A DNA stretch of 63,970 bases, filler included, from an uncultured bacterium (GTDB lineage: Bacteria > Auribacterota > CAZIXI01), in NCBI GenBank assembly GCA_964543115.1. It is 4 parts of 4 records of this genome, joined end to end, with 100 filler letters (N's around TTAATTAATTAA, not from the genome) between each part and the next. Parts side by side here need not be neighbours in the genome. Positions count along the whole stretch, not along the records: positions 37,295 to 54,805 come from CAZIXI010000047.1; positions 54,906 to 63,970 come from CAZIXI010000135.1; 2 more parts are not named here. One strand, written 5' to 3'. A model generated the notes under the pieces. It saw only the letters and a program-made list of their open reading frames with translations, made no database searches and was not told the DNA's origin. The translations under genes and the position numbers were made by a program. How positions within the stretch are numbered: the stretch's first letter is position 1; every line of letters begins with the position of its first letter. Of this stretch, positions 49,860 through 59,495 are shown piece after piece.

Positions 49860-52160
49860 ATGACAAAAAGATTACGGATCAATGTTTATGGCCGGGTGCA
49901 GGGAGTCGGTTTCCGGCCGACAGTCTATCGCTATGCCCGGGAACAGGAATTGGCCGGTTGGGTGGCTAATACCGCCGACGGAGTGATTATTGAGGTCCAG
50001 GGACCGGAAGAAAACATTAACAATTTTATTTCCCGCCTAAAATCTTTACCTCCGCCGCAGGCGGAATTAACAGATATCTCTCTTAAAGCACAGCCGCTGC
50101 AAAAAGAGGAACAGTTCCAGATCCTTGCCAGTATCAGTTCCGCACAAGCAAAAACCCAGATTTCAGCGGATATTGCCACCTGCCCGGATTGCCTGCGGGA
50201 ACTTAGAGATTCAGGGGATAGACGATATCTATATCCTTTTATTAACTGTACTAATTGCGGACCGCGTTTTACCATTGTGCAGGGTATTCCCTACGACAGG
50301 AAGAATACCACCATGAACGGGTTTAGCATGTGTAGCCAATGCCAGAGTGAATACGATGATCCGGGCAATCGCCGTTTTCATGCCCAGCCCAATGCCTGCG
50401 GCCAATGCGGACCTGTTTTGTCGCTTGTCGCTCGTCGCTCGTCGCTAGTTGCTTGTACAGGGAAAGAGGCGGTAGCAGAAACTGTGAGGATATTAAGTGA
50501 AGGAAGAATTGTAGCGATTAAGGGGCTAGGTGGATTTCATTTGGCTGTGGATGCCCTGAATGAACAGGCAGTAGCACTTTTAAGAAAGAGAAAATACCGC
50601 GAAGATAAACCGTTTGCCTTGCTGGCCCCGGATATAGAAACAATAAAAAAATACTGTTTTGTTTCTCAGGCAGAAGAAAAGCTATTGGTATCTTCCCGCC
50701 GGCCGATTGTGCTATTAAAGAAAAAGCCGGATTGCCGGATAGCCGGGAGTGTGGCTCCGCAGAATAAATATTTGGGTTTCCTGCTGCCCTATACTCCGCT
50801 TCATTACTTATTATTAAACGAATTAAAAGTCTTGGTTTTAACCAGCGGTAATATTTCTGCTGAGCCGATTGCCTATGAAAACAAAGAGGCAGAGCAGAGA
50901 CTGGCCAAGATAGCGGATTATTATTTAACGCATAATCGCGATATTTATATTCGCTGTGATGATTCGGTGACCAGGGTGTTTAGAGCGACGGAAACTGAAT
51001 ATATCCTGCGCCGCTCGCGCGGTTATGTCCCCCAGCCGCTCTCTGCGCCGGTAAGTTTCCCCCAAGAGGTGCTGGCCTGCGGCGCGCAGCTAAAAAATAC
51101 CTTTGCCCTGGCCCGCGGACAGGAGGTGTATCTCAGCCATCATATCGGGGATCTGGAAAATTGGGAAACCCTGAACTCTTTTGAACAGGGTATTGAACAT
51201 TTCAAAAAAATATTCAAGCTAAAGCCAAAACTAATTGCGCATGATCTCCATCCTGACTATCTATCCACAAAATATGCCTTAAAACTCCGGATTATGGGTG
51301 AAACGTCTGAATTTCAAACCGTGCCTGTTCAGCACCACCACGCCCATATTGTTTCTTGTCTGGCAGATAATGGCTTAACAGACCGCAAAGTAATCGGTGT
51401 GGCCTTGGATGGTACCGGTTACGGTGATGACGGACATATTTGGGGATCGGAATTTATGGTGGCGGATTTTGCCGGTTACGAGCGCCGGGCGCACCTGCAG
51501 TATGCGCCTCTGCCGGGGGGAGAACAGGCGATTAAAGAACCCTGGCGGATGGCGGTTAGTTATTTACTGCGGGCCTACGGGGAAGAGGGCTTGGATTTAA
51601 TCCCAAGATTCAGCGGCTCTAAGGCCACGCTCATCAAGCAGATGATCGAGCAGAAGCTTAATTCTCCGCTGACTTGCGGAATGGGCCGGTTGTTTGCCGC
51701 GGTTTCTGCTCTATTAGGTATTCGCGAAGAGATAAATTATGAAGGACAGGCGGCTTGTGAGTTGGAAAGGGCGATAAATGATGTGGCAACCGGCAGCTAC
51801 AATTATCAGTTGATTAAAGAGCAGGATAAATATATTATTGATCCATTACCGGTAATCAGAGAAATCGTGGCCGAGCTGGGAAAAGGGGTTGCTGGTGGCA
51901 TTATTGCCGGTCGATTTCATAATACGATCAGCGCGCTGGTTATTGATCTATGTCAGCGCCTGCGGGAAGAAACAGGGATTGCGGAAGTGGCCTTAAGCGG
52001 CGGGGTCTGGCAGAATATGTTTTTACTGGAGAAGGTATTTAGTGGTTTACGGGAAAAGGGGTTTACGGTTTATCTTCACCGGCAGGTTCCGGCAAATGAT
52101 GGCGGGATTTCTTTCGGGCAAGCGGTAATTGCCAACGCGAGGAGAGGAATATGTGTTTAG
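49860..52160 (+). CDS. hypF: Carbamoyltransferase HypF
   Basis: Acylphosphatase GRVQGVGFRP, two Zn fingers (CPDC/CTNCGPRF; CSQC/NACGQCGP), KGLGGFHLA, HHHAH, DGTGYG and NDGGISFGQA. Confidence 0.97.
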   Translation: MTKRLRINVYGRVQGVGFRPTVYRYAREQELAGWVANTADGVIIEVQGPEENINNFISRLKSLPPPQAELTDISLKAQPLQKEEQFQILASISSAQAKTQISADIATCPDCLRELRDSGDRRYLYPFINCTNCGPRFTIVQGIPYDRKNTTMNGFSMCSQCQSEYDDPGNRRFHAQPNACGQCGPVLSLVARRSSLVACTGKEAVAETVRILSEGRIVAIKGLGGFHLAVDALNEQAVALLRKRKYREDKPFALLAPDIETIKKYCFVSQAEEKLLVSSRRPIVLLKKKPDCRIAGSVAPQNKYLGFLLPYTPLHYLLLNELKVLVLTSGNISAEPIAYENKEAEQRLAKIADYYLTHNRDIYIRCDDSVTRVFRATETEYILRRSRGYVPQPLSAPVSFPQEVLACGAQLKNTFALARGQEVYLSHHIGDLENWETLNSFEQGIEHFKKIFKLKPKLIAHDLHPDYLSTKYALKLRIMGETSEFQTVPVQHHHAHIVSCLADNGLTDRKVIGVALDGTGYGDDGHIWGSEFMVADFAGYERRAHLQYAPLPGGEQAIKEPWRMAVSYLLRAYGEEGLDLIPRFSGSKATLIKQMIEQKLNSPLTCGMGRLFAAVSALLGIREEINYEGQAACELERAINDVATGSYNYQLIKEQDKYIIDPLPVIREIVAELGKGVAGGIIAGRFHNTISALVIDLCQRLREETGIAEVALSGGVWQNMFLLEKVFSGLREKGFTVYLHRQVPANDGGISFGQAVIANARRGICV

Positions 52161-52366
52161 CGGTACCGATGCAGGTTAAGGAAATTGAAAAGAGTACGGC
52201 TTTTGTGGAGCTGGAAGGGCTGCAGCGACAGATAAATCTTGGTTTGCTGGAGAATGTGCGGGTGGGAGATTATGTGGTTGTGCATGCCGGTTTTGCCATC
52301 CAGAGGCTCGATGAACAGGCCGCCCGGGAGACAATTGAGGCAATAAGGGAGCTGTATAAGGAATGA
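52151..52366 (+). CDS. hypC: Hydrogenase maturation chaperone HypC
   Basis: MCLAVP and VGDYVVVHAGFAI. Confidence 0.97.
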   Translation: MCLAVPMQVKEIEKSTAFVELEGLQRQINLGLLENVRVGDYVVVHAGFAIQRLDEQAARETIEAIRELYKE

Positions 52367-53457
52367 AATATATTGATGAATATCGGGATGCCGGGTTGGT
52401 GCAGAAAATAGTGGAGAAGATCCATACCCGCTGCCGCGATTATAAGAAAGAGATTGTGTTGATGGAGGTTTGCGGTACGCATACAATGGCCATCTTCCGT
52501 TCCGGCTTGCGCAAGCTGCTGCCGGATAATATCCGGCTCTTGTCCGGTCCCGGCTGTCCGGTGTGTGTTACGCCCAATAATTATCTGGATAAGGCCATTG
52601 CTTATTCCCGCCGCGATGATGTTATTATTACCACTTTTGGTGATATGCTGCGGGTTCCCGGGTCCAGTTCCAGCCTGGAAAAGGAACGGGCCAAGGGCCG
52701 CAAGATAGTTGTTCTCTATTCTCCGCTGGATGCCTTGAGGCTGGCTGAAGAAAATCCGGAGAAAAAAGTGATATTCCTGGGAGTGGGATTTGAGACCACG
52801 ATTCCCACGATTGCCGGCACGATTAAGTGTGCCCGGGAAAATAAACTGAAAAACTTTTATGTGTTTTCGGGAGAGAAAATAATTCCCCCGGCCCTAAGGG
52901 CCCTGGGCGCGGCAGAAGAATTGCGGCTTGATGGTTTTCTTATGCCCGGCCATGTGAGTACAATTATCGGCAGCCGGCCGTATAATTTTGTCGCTGAAGA
53001 ATTTAATCTTCCCTGTGTGATTACCGGTTTTGAGCCGTTGGATCTAGTGCAGGGAATTCTAATGTCGGTGGAGCAGGCGGCCAGCGGAGAGAAGGCGCGG
53101 GTAGAAATTCAATACAGCCGTTGTGTGCGGGAGGAAGGTAACCCCCGGGCCATAGCGTTAATCGATGAGATTTTCACGCCGGTTGATTCTGCCTGGCGCG
53201 GCGTCGGCACTATCCCGAAGAGTGGCCTGAAAATAAGGGATCCATATAAGGAATTCGATATTGAAGAGAATCTGGCTGTAGAAGTAGAAAAGACAAAAGA
53301 GGCAAAAGGCTGTATTTGTGGTGAAGTGCTCTGTGGGGTAAAGACACCGCTGGATTGTCTGCTTTTCCGCAAGGTCTGCACTCCGGAGGACCCCCAAGGG
53401 GCCTGTATGGTTTCTTCCGAAGGCACCTGCGCCGCCTATTATAAATATGCAAACTAA
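52363..53457 (+). CDS. hypD: Hydrogenase maturation protein HypD
   Basis: MEVCGTHT, GPGCPVCVTP, GFETT, PGHVS and GACMVSSEGTCAAYY. Confidence 0.97.
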   Translation: MKYIDEYRDAGLVQKIVEKIHTRCRDYKKEIVLMEVCGTHTMAIFRSGLRKLLPDNIRLLSGPGCPVCVTPNNYLDKAIAYSRRDDVIITTFGDMLRVPGSSSSLEKERAKGRKIVVLYSPLDALRLAEENPEKKVIFLGVGFETTIPTIAGTIKCARENKLKNFYVFSGEKIIPPALRALGAAEELRLDGFLMPGHVSTIIGSRPYNFVAEEFNLPCVITGFEPLDLVQGILMSVEQAASGEKARVEIQYSRCVREEGNPRAIALIDEIFTPVDSAWRGVGTIPKSGLKIRDPYKEFDIEENLAVEVEKTKEAKGCICGEVLCGVKTPLDCLLFRKVCTPEDPQGACMVSSEGTCAAYYKYAN

Positions 53458-54442
53458 CGATAAAATATTATTGGCTCATGGCAGCGGCGGTAAGTTAATG
53501 CACGAGCTTATCGATAATCTTTTTCGCGCTAAATTTGATAATGAGATGTTAAGTGAGCTCAGTGACGCGGCAATACTGGATAAAGATCCTTCGTTAGCTT
53601 TCACCACTGATTCCTATGTTGTTAATCCATTGTTCTTTCCCGGCGGGGATATCGGCAAACTGGCTGTTTGCGGCACGATTAATGATCTGGCGGTAACCGG
53701 CGCTGTTCCCCTGTATTTATCCGCTGGTTTTATTATTGAAGAAGGACTGGATTATAAGATACTGACTGAGATAACCGGGTCCATGGCGCAGACCGCGGCA
53801 GCTGCCGGGGTAAAGATTGTTACCGGTGATACTAAAGTTGTGGAAAAGGGCAGTGTTGATAAGCTTTTCATCAATACCGCCGGGATCGGCCGGCGGCCCG
53901 AGGGCCTGTGTCTGGGTCGGCAGAAAATTTCTCCCGGGGATAAAATTATTATCAACGGCTACCTGGGAGAACATGAACTGGCGATTTTGATTGCCCGGGG
54001 AGGTTTTCAGCTGCAGGCAGAGGTAAAGAGTGACTGTGCTTCCCTGGCTTCATTGATCCAGTCTGTTCTTAAACAAAAGCCCGGGATTAAATTTATGCGT
54101 GATCCTACCCGCGGGGGTGTGGCCACGGTTTTAAACGAGATTGTCGACGGAATGGAATTCGGTATCCAGCTACTGGAAGAAGAACTCCCGCTCAGTAAAG
54201 AGGTAAAGGCGGTTTGCGAGCTTTTGGGATATGATCCGTTATATATGGCCAATGAAGGCAAGGTAGTGATTGTGGTTTCCGCCCAAGACGCGCCGCGCGT
54301 AGAGCGGCAGCTGGGTGGAGAGAGCAGGATTATCGGTGAAGTTACCGCGGAAAATAAGGGCCGGGTATTACTGAAGACCAGAATTGGCGGGACAAGGGTT
54401 ATTGATATGTTGAGCGGTTCACAACTGCCGCGAATCTGCTGA
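53447..54442 (+). CDS. hypE: Hydrogenase maturation protein HypE
   Basis: HGSGG, TTDSYVV, GGDIGKLAVCGTINDL, DPTRGG and C-terminal QLPRIC. Confidence 0.97.
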   Translation: MQTNDKILLAHGSGGKLMHELIDNLFRAKFDNEMLSELSDAAILDKDPSLAFTTDSYVVNPLFFPGGDIGKLAVCGTINDLAVTGAVPLYLSAGFIIEEGLDYKILTEITGSMAQTAAAAGVKIVTGDTKVVEKGSVDKLFINTAGIGRRPEGLCLGRQKISPGDKIIINGYLGEHELAILIARGGFQLQAEVKSDCASLASLIQSVLKQKPGIKFMRDPTRGGVATVLNEIVDGMEFGIQLLEEELPLSKEVKAVCELLGYDPLYMANEGKVVIVVSAQDAPRVERQLGGESRIIGEVTAENKGRVLLKTRIGGTRVIDMLSGSQLPRIC

Positions 54443-54453
54443 TTTGGAATAGT

Positions 54454-54472
54454 ACGCAGATTCTCGCGGATT
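54454..54472. repeat. CGCAGAT/CGCGGAT short repeat
   Basis: ACGCAGATTCTCGCGGATT; same family as 48084. Confidence 0.55.
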
Positions 54473-54476
54473 ATTT

Positions 54477-54805
54477 ATGACTAAAGCATTTGTTTTATCT
54501 GCCGGATTAGGAACACGACTGCGCCCGCTGACCTATGAAAAACCAAAGGCCCTCCTGCCGGTATGCGGCCAGCCGAATATTCTACGTATTTTAACTCATC
54601 TGCGGACTAGCGGCATAAAAGAAGTTATTATTAATACTCACCATCTGGCAGCGCAGTTTAAGGATGTATTAGCTGATCGGGTAGAATACTCATACGAAGA
54701 TAAGTTGCTGGATACGGGCGGCGGGCTAAAAAAGGTAGAGTATTTTTTAAGGGACGATACCTTTTTGCTGTATAATTGTGATGTGGTAACCAATGTCAGC
54801 CTGGA
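54477..54805 (+). CDS. Sugar-phosphate nucleotidyltransferase (MurU/GMP-pyrophosphorylase-like); 3' truncated
   Basis: AFVLSAGLGTRLRPLT...PKALLPV, LDTGGGL and NCDV. Confidence 0.9.
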
Positions 54806-54905
54806 NNNNNNNNNNNNNNNNNNNNNNNNNNNNNNNNNNNNNNNNNNNNTTAATTAATTAANNNNNNNNNNNNNNNNNNNNNNNNNNNNNNNNNNNNNNN
54901 NNNNN
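54806..54905. other. Artificial contig spacer
   Basis: 44 N + TTAATTAATTAA + 44 N. Confidence 0.99.
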
Positions 54906-54907
54906 AT

Positions 54908-55216
54908 AACGCCGTTGTGCTGCTGGCCACCTTGGACAATTTGTTTAAACAAAGACGGCCGCTCAGTGTGCAGGAGGTAAGACAGTTAGTAATTGAGGGC
55001 TGTCTCTTACGGGTGCGCCCGGCGCTAATGACGGCGCTGACTACTATTCTTGCCTTGATCCCGATTATGCTGGCAACGGGAACCGGCGCGGAGATTATGA
55101 AGCCCATGGCCTCACCGACTGTGGGCGGACTGTTTACCGCTACACTTTCTAATCTGGTACTGGTGCCGGTATTATATTGTTTTATCAAAGAAAAAGCGCT
55201 TAAAAATGTAGGTTGA
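54908..55216 (+). CDS. cusA: CusA/CzcA heavy-metal RND permease, C-terminal fragment
   Basis: EGCLLRVRPALMTALTTILALIPIMLATGTGAEIMKPMASPTVGGL. Confidence 0.88.
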   Translation, partial: NAVVLLATLDNLFKQRRPLSVQEVRQLVIEGCLLRVRPALMTALTTILALIPIMLATGTGAEIMKPMASPTVGGLFTATLSNLVLVPVLYCFIKEKALKNVG

Positions 55217-55270
55217 TGTAAATGCAGTTTATCCTGCCGCGGGAGGATTTTAGATAATCAAAAAAACTAT

Positions 55271-55309
55271 TTGACAATAAATCAAACTAATACTATAATG
55301 GTATTAGTT
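55271..55309 (+). promoter_or_regulatory. Consensus sigma-70 promoter with a 9-7-9 inverted-repeat operator
   Basis: TTGACA-N17-TATAAT (55271-55299); AACTAATAC-TATAATG-GTATTAGTT (55285-55309). Confidence 0.85.
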
Positions 55310-55322
55310 AAGGTAAGGAACT

Positions 55323-55763
55323 GTGAAATTATTAACTAAAAACACAGACTATGCTGTTCGGGCGCTGATCTACCTGGCGGGGCAAGAGGGGCGGTTTGTC
55401 TCTTCCCGGGAAATCGCCAATAAGCAAAAAATTCCCCTGCAATATTTGCGCCGGATATTACAGTTATTAATTAAGGCCGAATTTGTCGCGGCCAAAGAAG
55501 GGGTAGGGGGAGGGGTAACCTTAAATATTATTCCGGGAATGATCAGAGTGGCTGATGTAATCAGGATCTGCCAGGGTAAGATCCAGCTTTCCGAATGCTT
55601 GTTTCGCAAGCGGAATTGTTTTCAGCGCGGCACTTGTGTGCTTCGTAAGCGGCTGTTGCAGGTTGAACGTAAAGTAGCCGGGGAATTTGAACAGATAACT
55701 ATTGGGAATTTAATTAGTGATCAGGGAGGTGTGGGCTGTGAAGAGAAAAATAATAAAGATTGA
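55323..55763 (+). CDS. Rrf2 family transcriptional regulator (Fe-S type)
   Basis: TDYAVRALIYLA, IPLQYLRRILQLL, GVGGG and a C-terminal Cys cluster C-x6-C-x5-C. Confidence 0.92.
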   Translation: MKLLTKNTDYAVRALIYLAGQEGRFVSSREIANKQKIPLQYLRRILQLLIKAEFVAAKEGVGGGVTLNIIPGMIRVADVIRICQGKIQLSECLFRKRNCFQRGTCVLRKRLLQVERKVAGEFEQITIGNLISDQGGVGCEEKNNKD

Positions 55764-56592
55764 GCTCGATAAATGTACCGGCTGCGGTTTGTGTATTCCC
55801 AACTGCCCGGAAGGGGCCCTGCAGATTATTGACGGTAAGGTCAGGTTAATTAGTGACCTTTTTTGTGACGGCCTGGGTGCCTGTATCGGGTCCTGTCCGG
55901 AAGGGGCAATTGAGGTTGTGGAAAGAGAGGCGGAGCCCTATGATGAAAAGAAGGTAATGGAGAATATTGTTAAACAGGGAGAAAATGTGATTAAGGCGCA
56001 CCTGAAACATTTGCAGGAACATGGTGAGCTGGATTTACTTAAACAGGCGCTGGCTGTATTGCGGGAAAAAGATATTCAGATAGATATCGCGGCAATTATG
56101 CATCCGCAGGGCGCGCATCATCCGGCCGGTTGTCCGGGAGCGAAGATGATGGATTTTTCCGCTCCGCAGGAAGGGGAAGCAAAGGAAGAGACAGGCACGA
56201 GAAACTCGCAGTTGCGGCAGTGGCCGGTGCAGCTGCAGCTGGTGCCGCCAACAGCGCCCTATTATCAGAATCAAGATGTGTTGCTGGTTGCCGATTGTGT
56301 GGCCTATGCCCTGGGGGATTTCCATAAGGATTACCTCAAAGATAAAAGTATTGCTATTGCCTGTCCGAAACTGGATCAGGGATTGGATATATATATTGAG
56401 AAAATTGTTGCCATGATTGATGAGGCTGAGATCAATACTCTTACGGTGATGACCATGGAGGTGCCTTGTTGCCGCGGTTTGTTAGAGGTTGCCAAAGAAG
56501 CGGCCGGCAAGGCTGGTCGTAAAATCCCTGTTAAAGCTATAGTGGTTGGTATCAAAGGTAAAATTTTAAGTGAAGAATGGGTGAAGGTTTAG
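55738..56592 (+). CDS. 4Fe-4S ferredoxin-domain protein (hcp-associated)
   Basis: CTGCGLCIPNCPEGA, CDGLGACIGSCP, GCPG, SQLRQWPVQL, ADC, CPKLD and MEVPCC; GTG start at 55738. Confidence 0.88.
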   Translation: MKRKIIKIELDKCTGCGLCIPNCPEGALQIIDGKVRLISDLFCDGLGACIGSCPEGAIEVVEREAEPYDEKKVMENIVKQGENVIKAHLKHLQEHGELDLLKQALAVLREKDIQIDIAAIMHPQGAHHPAGCPGAKMMDFSAPQEGEAKEETGTRNSQLRQWPVQLQLVPPTAPYYQNQDVLLVADCVAYALGDFHKDYLKDKSIAIACPKLDQGLDIYIEKIVAMIDEAEINTLTVMTMEVPCCRGLLEVAKEAAGKAGRKIPVKAIVVGIKGKILSEEWVKV

Positions 56593-56602
56593 TGGGTTAT
56601 AG

Positions 56603-56657
56603 TCGCAGATTGCAGATTAAAAGAAAATTTGAAATCCGAAATCTGAAATCCGCAATT
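56603..56657. repeat. GCAGATT / AAATCCG 7-mer repeat cluster
   Basis: TCGCAGATTGCAGATT ... GAAATCCGAAATCTGAAATCCGCAATT. Confidence 0.7.
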
Positions 56658-56671
56658 GAAAGGGAGGATTC

Positions 56672-58357
56672 ATGAGCATGTATTGTCGTCAATGTGAGCA
56701 AGCGGCTAAAGGGATCAGTTGTACGGTAAGCGGGGTTTGTGGAAAGACCCCGGATGTTTCAGCTTTACAGGATCTATTGATTCACGCACTTAAGGGGATA
56801 GCGGTTTATGGCCAGTTGGCCTATTCCTTAGGGGTGCGTAACAAAGAAACTGAAGATTTTCTGCGAAAAGGTTTGTTTACAACAGTTACTAATGTGAGTT
56901 TTGATCCTGAGAGTCTCGCGCGGATGATTCAGGAATCTGCAAAGATAAAAAATGGGATAAAAAGTGAGTTCCTGAATAGCTATCGGCAAAAGACAGGTAA
57001 GGAATTCCGCGAGGAGCTTCCGGCAGCAGCCGGTTGGGCGCCGGCAGCGGACCTGAACGGATTGTTGCAGCAGGCGGAGTTAGCGGGGCTTAAGGCCGAT
57101 CCCACAATCAATGAAGACGTACAAAGCCTGCGTGAAATACTTCTTTATGGACTTAAAGGGATGGCGGCTTATGCTGACCACGCGGCGATCCTCGGCAAAG
57201 AAGATCAAGAAGTAAGTGCCTTTTTTTATAAAGGTTTAACGGCCCTGGATGACGCTAAATTAACAATAAATGAATTAATCAGTTTAATTATGGAATTTGG
57301 CAAGGCTAACCTCCGCTGTATGCAGATTCTTGATGAGGCGCACACTGAACGTTTTGGCCATCCTGAGCCAACAGGTGTTTCTCTGGGAGTTAAGCAGGGA
57401 CCGGCGATAATCGTTTCCGGCCACGACCTTCTGGATCTGCAGCAGTTACTGGAACAAACGGCAGGAAAGGGTGTTAACGTCTATACTCACGGTGAAATGC
57501 TGCCCGCGCACGGGTACCCGGGACTGAAAAAATATACTCAGCTGGCCGGACATTTCGGCACTGCCTGGCAGAACCAGCAAAAAGAGTTCGCCGGTGTGCC
57601 GGCGGCTGTTTTGCTGACCACAAATTGTATTCAAAAACCGCAGAAATCATATCAGGATAGGATCTTTACTGCCGGGTTAGTGGCTTGGCCGGGGATCACA
57701 CATATTAATGAGGTAGGCGGGAAAAAGGATTTCTCCGCGGTGATCAAAAAGGCCCTGGCCCTGGGCGGCTTTCCGGAAGAAGCAAAGGAAAAGGAAATTA
57801 CGGTTGGTTTCGCGCACAAGACGGTAACCAGTGTTGTGGATACGGTGCTTGATCTGGTTGGCAAAAAGAAAATAAGACATTTTTTCCTGGTTGGCGGTTG
57901 TGACGGGGCCCGGCCGGGAAGGAATTATTTCACTGAACTGGCCGAAAAAATTCCGCAGGATTGTCTTTTACTTACGCTGGCCTGCGGGAAGTTCCGCTTC
58001 AACCGACTGGAGTTTGGTGATATTGAAGGGATTCCCCGGCTGCTGGATTGCGGGCAATGTAATGACGCCTATTCAGCGATTAAAATAGCCACCGGTCTGG
58101 CGGAGAAGCTAAACTGCGGGGTTAATGATTTACCTTTATCATTAGTCTTGTCCTGGTACGAACAGAAGGCGGTGTGTATTTTATTAACCTTGTTTTCACT
58201 CGGGGTTAAAAATATAAGATTAGGCCCATCGCTGCCTGCTTTTGTGTCTCCGAATGTGTTAAAGGTGCTGGTGGAAACATTTGCTGTAAAACCGATAACA
58301 GCTGTTGACCAGGATCTGGCTGACATATTGGGGCAGTCTATATCCATTCCTCTATAG
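56672..58357 (+). CDS. hcp: Hybrid cluster protein (hydroxylamine/NO reductase)
   Basis: MYCRQCEQ-x-C-x5-CGK (Cx2Cx8Cx5C), SGHDL, THGEMLPAHGYP, TTNC, GGCDG, CGQCND and SWYEQKA. Confidence 0.97.
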   Translation: MSMYCRQCEQAAKGISCTVSGVCGKTPDVSALQDLLIHALKGIAVYGQLAYSLGVRNKETEDFLRKGLFTTVTNVSFDPESLARMIQESAKIKNGIKSEFLNSYRQKTGKEFREELPAAAGWAPAADLNGLLQQAELAGLKADPTINEDVQSLREILLYGLKGMAAYADHAAILGKEDQEVSAFFYKGLTALDDAKLTINELISLIMEFGKANLRCMQILDEAHTERFGHPEPTGVSLGVKQGPAIIVSGHDLLDLQQLLEQTAGKGVNVYTHGEMLPAHGYPGLKKYTQLAGHFGTAWQNQQKEFAGVPAAVLLTTNCIQKPQKSYQDRIFTAGLVAWPGITHINEVGGKKDFSAVIKKALALGGFPEEAKEKEITVGFAHKTVTSVVDTVLDLVGKKKIRHFFLVGGCDGARPGRNYFTELAEKIPQDCLLLTLACGKFRFNRLEFGDIEGIPRLLDCGQCNDAYSAIKIATGLAEKLNCGVNDLPLSLVLSWYEQKAVCILLTLFSLGVKNIRLGPSLPAFVSPNVLKVLVETFAVKPITAVDQDLADILGQSISIPL

Positions 58358-58430
58358 CAGTTTATATCCATTCCAATAATAGCAGCCCCCGACGCGTCGG
58401 GGGCAGTCCCAGGCGAAGCCTGGGGAAGGT
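58335..58430. repeat. Modular palindromic intergenic element, copy 3 (overlaps the hcp stop)
   Basis: AGTCTATATCCATTCCTCTATAGCAG head, perfect palindrome GCCCCGACGCGTCGGGGC (58385-58402) and CCCAGGC-GAA-GCCTGGG (58406-58422). Confidence 0.8.
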
Positions 58431-58440
58431 GGCGGTGTAG

Positions 58441-58938
58441 ATGAATAATCAGTTGCCGGAGATTGCCGGGAAGATGAAGGATTATTTTGGCGCTGACCGC
58501 AAAAGGATAAATCATGCTTTGCGGGTAGCTGATTATGCCGCTAAGATATTAGTGGAAGAGGCCGCTGACCGTGATTTGGTCATGGCTGCGGCCTACCTTC
58601 ATGATATCGGGATTCCGGAAGCAGAGAGGAAGTACAATTCTGCCGGAGGAAAATATCAGGAGAAGGAAGGCCCGCCTATTGCCCGCGACTTACTGCGGAA
58701 ATTGGGGCTTGACCCCGATTTTATTGAAAATGTATGTGCGATTATTGCCAAGCACCATACCTATAAAGGTTTAGAGACAAAAGAGTTCCAAATATTGTAT
58801 GAGGCTGATTGGCTGGTCAATTTACAGGAAGATTTTGTCCATTTAGACGGGGAAAAAAAGAAAAAAATCATTAATAAGCACTTCCAGACTGCTATTGGGA
58901 GAATCCTGGCCGAGGAATTATTGAAAAAACCCGGTTGA
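58441..58938 (+). CDS. HD domain phosphohydrolase
   Basis: RINHALRV, AAYLHDIG, HH and EAD. Confidence 0.9.
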   Translation: MNNQLPEIAGKMKDYFGADRKRINHALRVADYAAKILVEEAADRDLVMAAAYLHDIGIPEAERKYNSAGGKYQEKEGPPIARDLLRKLGLDPDFIENVCAIIAKHHTYKGLETKEFQILYEADWLVNLQEDFVHLDGEKKKKIINKHFQTAIGRILAEELLKKPG

Positions 58939-58964
58939 CACGGGCTTTTTTTTTGTGGCATAAT
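58924..58964 (+). terminator. Intrinsic terminator overlapping a sigma-70 promoter
   Basis: AAAAAACCCG-GTTGACA-CGGG followed by a T run; the loop TTGACA (58935-58940) and TG-G-CATAAT (58959-58964) form an 18-nt-spaced promoter. Confidence 0.6.
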
Positions 58965-59019
58965 TACCACGAAAATAATGGAAATAGTAGTATATTTGAA
59001 GTTATTGGAGATTAATTAG

Positions 59020-59466
59020 ATGAAGCTTTCCACAAAAGGCAGATATGGTTCCCGCTTGATGTTGGAGTTGGCTCTTCATTATGGAGAGGGGCCAATTTTA
59101 TTGAAAGACATTGCGCAGACAGAAGAGATATCAGAGAAATATCTGGGGCATTTGATTCCTGTGCTTAAAGTTGCCGGGCTGATTAATTCTACTCGTGGCG
59201 CTCATGGCGGCTATACCTTGGCCAGGGCCCCGGAACAAATAAGGTTAAGTGAAGTGGTGCAGGCGGTAGAAGGAACGTTAGCACCGGTTGAGTGTGTTAA
59301 TAATCCTAAAGTATGTAACAGAATAAGTACTTGTGTGACCAGAGAAATATGGCAGGAAATGGGTGAAAGTATGTTTGCAACATTAGAAAGAATTACTTTG
59401 GCTGAAATGGTCAGGCGTTATCAAAAGAAGAGAAAGGAGGGTAGAGAGCCTGATTACGTTATTTAG
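59020..59466 (+). CDS. Rrf2 family regulator (IscR/CymR-like)
   Basis: MKLSTKGRYG, ISEKYL, STRGAHGGYTLA and ECV-x5-C-x5-C. Confidence 0.93.
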   Translation: MKLSTKGRYGSRLMLELALHYGEGPILLKDIAQTEEISEKYLGHLIPVLKVAGLINSTRGAHGGYTLARAPEQIRLSEVVQAVEGTLAPVECVNNPKVCNRISTCVTREIWQEMGESMFATLERITLAEMVRRYQKKRKEGREPDYVI

Positions 59467-59495
59467 TCTTTATCTAATTTTAAAAGGAGGAAATA

